Below, piece by piece: positions 34,396-35,938 of a stretch of DNA of 35,938 nt. This DNA is from a virus (Duplodnaviria; Caudoviricetes). A program made the position numbers and the translations under genes. The notes beneath the pieces are model-generated. The model was not told where the DNA came from. It made no database searches and was given only the letters and a program-made list of their open reading frames with translations. Each line of letters begins with the position of its first letter. Within the stretch, counting starts at the first letter, position 1. The DNA lies in IMG/VR virus record IMGVR_UViG_3300032212_000088, positions 1 through 35,938 of that record, one strand, 5' to 3'.

Positions 34396-34893
34396 TTACG
34401 CCCCTTTACGCCCGCCCGTTTTCTTCGCGGCAGGCTTGCGGCGCGGCGCCTTCTTGGCGGGAGGCTTCTTGGCGGACGGCTTCACATAATACTTGCCAGG
34501 ATCATCCTGGCGCTCGTCGGGGCCGACAATGCGCACTTCCAGATGATTCGGCTCGGTACGCTCGCGGCGGACCGGCCGACCAGGCGGCGGATCCAGCAAG
34601 ACACGATCGACCGCGCGACCGTTGGCGGCAAACGCCGCGAAGGCCGCCTGGATCCGCGGATCCAGATCGCGCCACCCGATCGGCCGGCGATGCGTCAATT
34701 CGCAAAACTGGCGATAGAAAGTTTCCGCGACCGGCCAATCGCGCGCCGTGCCAAATCGATATAACGCCTGGCCCGCATCAGACAGATCGTGCGCCAGGCT
34801 GGCATCGCCGCCCTCTTCAAGCGCGACCTCTTCCAGCCAGAACATACCCGCCTTAATGGCCGCGGACGTTTTCACTTCCAACGCTGAACTCAT
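34396..34893 (-). CDS. Hypothetical protein with Lys/Pro/Ala-rich histone-H1-like tail
   Basis: C-terminus KPSAKKPPAKKAPRRKPAAKKTGGRKGA; ATGA-coupled; AAGGAG RBS. Confidence 0.65.
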   Translation of the reverse strand: MSSALEVKTSAAIKAGMFWLEEVALEEGGDASLAHDLSDAGQALYRFGTARDWPVAETFYRQFCELTHRRPIGWRDLDPRIQAAFAAFAANGRAVDRVLLDPPPGRPVRRERTEPNHLEVRIVGPDERQDDPGKYYVKPSAKKPPAKKAPRRKPAAKKTGGRKGA

Positions 34894-35938
34894 GACGCCT
34901 TCTCCTTTTTCGTTAAATACGCATTGATATCTTTGGCGCCGGGCGCCTTCGCCACGCGCACATCGGCAAATCGATCGGCGAGCGCATCGAGCGCGCGCGA
35001 TAGCGCTTTTTGTGCGGCAGGATTGTCACCATCATCGTCAGCCATGACGGTCAGGCGCTTGACGGGCGCGCCCGCGATCGGCTGATACTTGGCCAGATTG
35101 CCGAGATCCCCGACAACGTGAACATTCAGGGCCGGATCCGCGAGCGCAAGCGTCAACCCGTCCTCAATGCCTTCAGTCACAACAATGTGATCGGACCCCA
35201 CGACAGACCGCCACAAGCGGATATAAGCGCCGGACTTGGATCCCAGCATCCGTTTCGGCGACGGCACGGGCGCCTTTCCGGATCCATCGGGCGCCAGATA
35301 TGTCCGATGCACGGCCATCAGGCGGCCATCGCCTGGCGATTGCATCGGCGCCAACATGGTCGGCCAGTACGTGGCGGCGCCATCATCGATATATTTGAGC
35401 GCAGGCGCCAGGCGCAGCGGGATCCGCGCCAGCAATTCAGGCGCCAGGGCCAGGCCGCGGCTTTCCAGGTAGCGCACCACCCAATCGCCGGGCGCCAGGC
35501 GCTCACCATTGCACCAGATCTCATAGGCCGCCTTGCGGCGGTACTCGCGCCGCGCCTCTTCTTCGGCATCGGCCTTGTGTTGTTTTCGCGCCGCGCTCTT
35601 GGCCCGGCTTTTTACCTGGTCGATCGGCAGATCCGCCAGGCCCAGCCAATTCAGCGCCCAACGCCGCGCGCCTTTGATATCGTCGGCCTTGCGCGCATAG
35701 ATAATCAGATCGAAGACAGATCCTTTTTCCTTCTCGCCGGAATCATACTCGACAAAACCGCCCGCGGCCTCACCCGTCAGAAAAACCTTGAAGGATCCAA
35801 TGCGATCATCGGCGCGCGCCGGATTCGGAGCGACATAGTAATTGCCCTCACGCCGCCCGCCTGGCGCCAACTCACTGGCCAGCGACAGAGCCCGCGCTTG
35901 CAGCATCGGCTTGATCTCTTCCAGGGATAGATCGCTCA
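34890..35938 (-). CDS. Toprim-domain DNA primase (true start GTG at 128 across the circular junction)
   Basis: YLESRGL, AVHRTYL, VTEGIEDGL, MADDD, KDINAYL; N-terminal extension VSDLSLEEIKP read from 128 downward. Confidence 0.85.
   Translation of the reverse strand, partial: SDLSLEEIKPMLQARALSLASELAPGGRREGNYYVAPNPARADDRIGSFKVFLTGEAAGGFVEYDSGEKEKGSVFDLIIYARKADDIKGARRWALNWLGLADLPIDQVKSRAKSAARKQHKADAEEEARREYRRKAAYEIWCNGERLAPGDWVVRYLESRGLALAPELLARIPLRLAPALKYIDDGAATYWPTMLAPMQSPGDGRLMAVHRTYLAPDGSGKAPVPSPKRMLGSKSGAYIRLWRSVVGSDHIVVTEGIEDGLTLALADPALNVHVVGDLGNLAKYQPIAGAPVKRLTVMADDDGDNPAAQKALSRALDALADRFADVRVAKAPGAKDINAYLTKKEKAS
35812..35938. repeat. Terminal direct repeat, copy 2
   Basis: Identical to 1-127. 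Confidence 0.95.

Overview
The window is an apparently complete ~35.8-kb circular genome of a temperate podovirus-type phage (BPP-1/T7-style portal, tail and internal virion proteins), most likely from an alphaproteobacterial host. Bases 1-127 are repeated at 35812-35938, consistent with assembly overlap. Modules: (i) a cro/cI switch with xis-int and a probable attP; (ii) a minus-strand early operon containing a DnaA-domain-IV/GafY-like HTH protein, Toprim primase and helicase; (iii) an oppositely oriented four-gene accessory cassette; (iv) an iteron-like palindromic region; (v) a long minus-strand late region from terS/terL to the lysis genes. The most striking unannotated signal is a four-copy promoter-like motif, TTA(G/C)TCACCCG-N15-TAnnnT, placed upstream of terS, the portal block, the capsid gene and the tail-fibre gene. 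Its upstream element resembles a DnaA box, and the phage encodes a stand-alone DnaA-IV/GafY-like candidate activator. Other highlights are a 1452-aa putative ejected protein carrying ParB-like, ADP-ribosyltransferase-like and zeta-toxin-like domains, and GTA head-spike-like genes inserted in the lysis cassette. All calls come from motif recognition by eye; no database searches were run.
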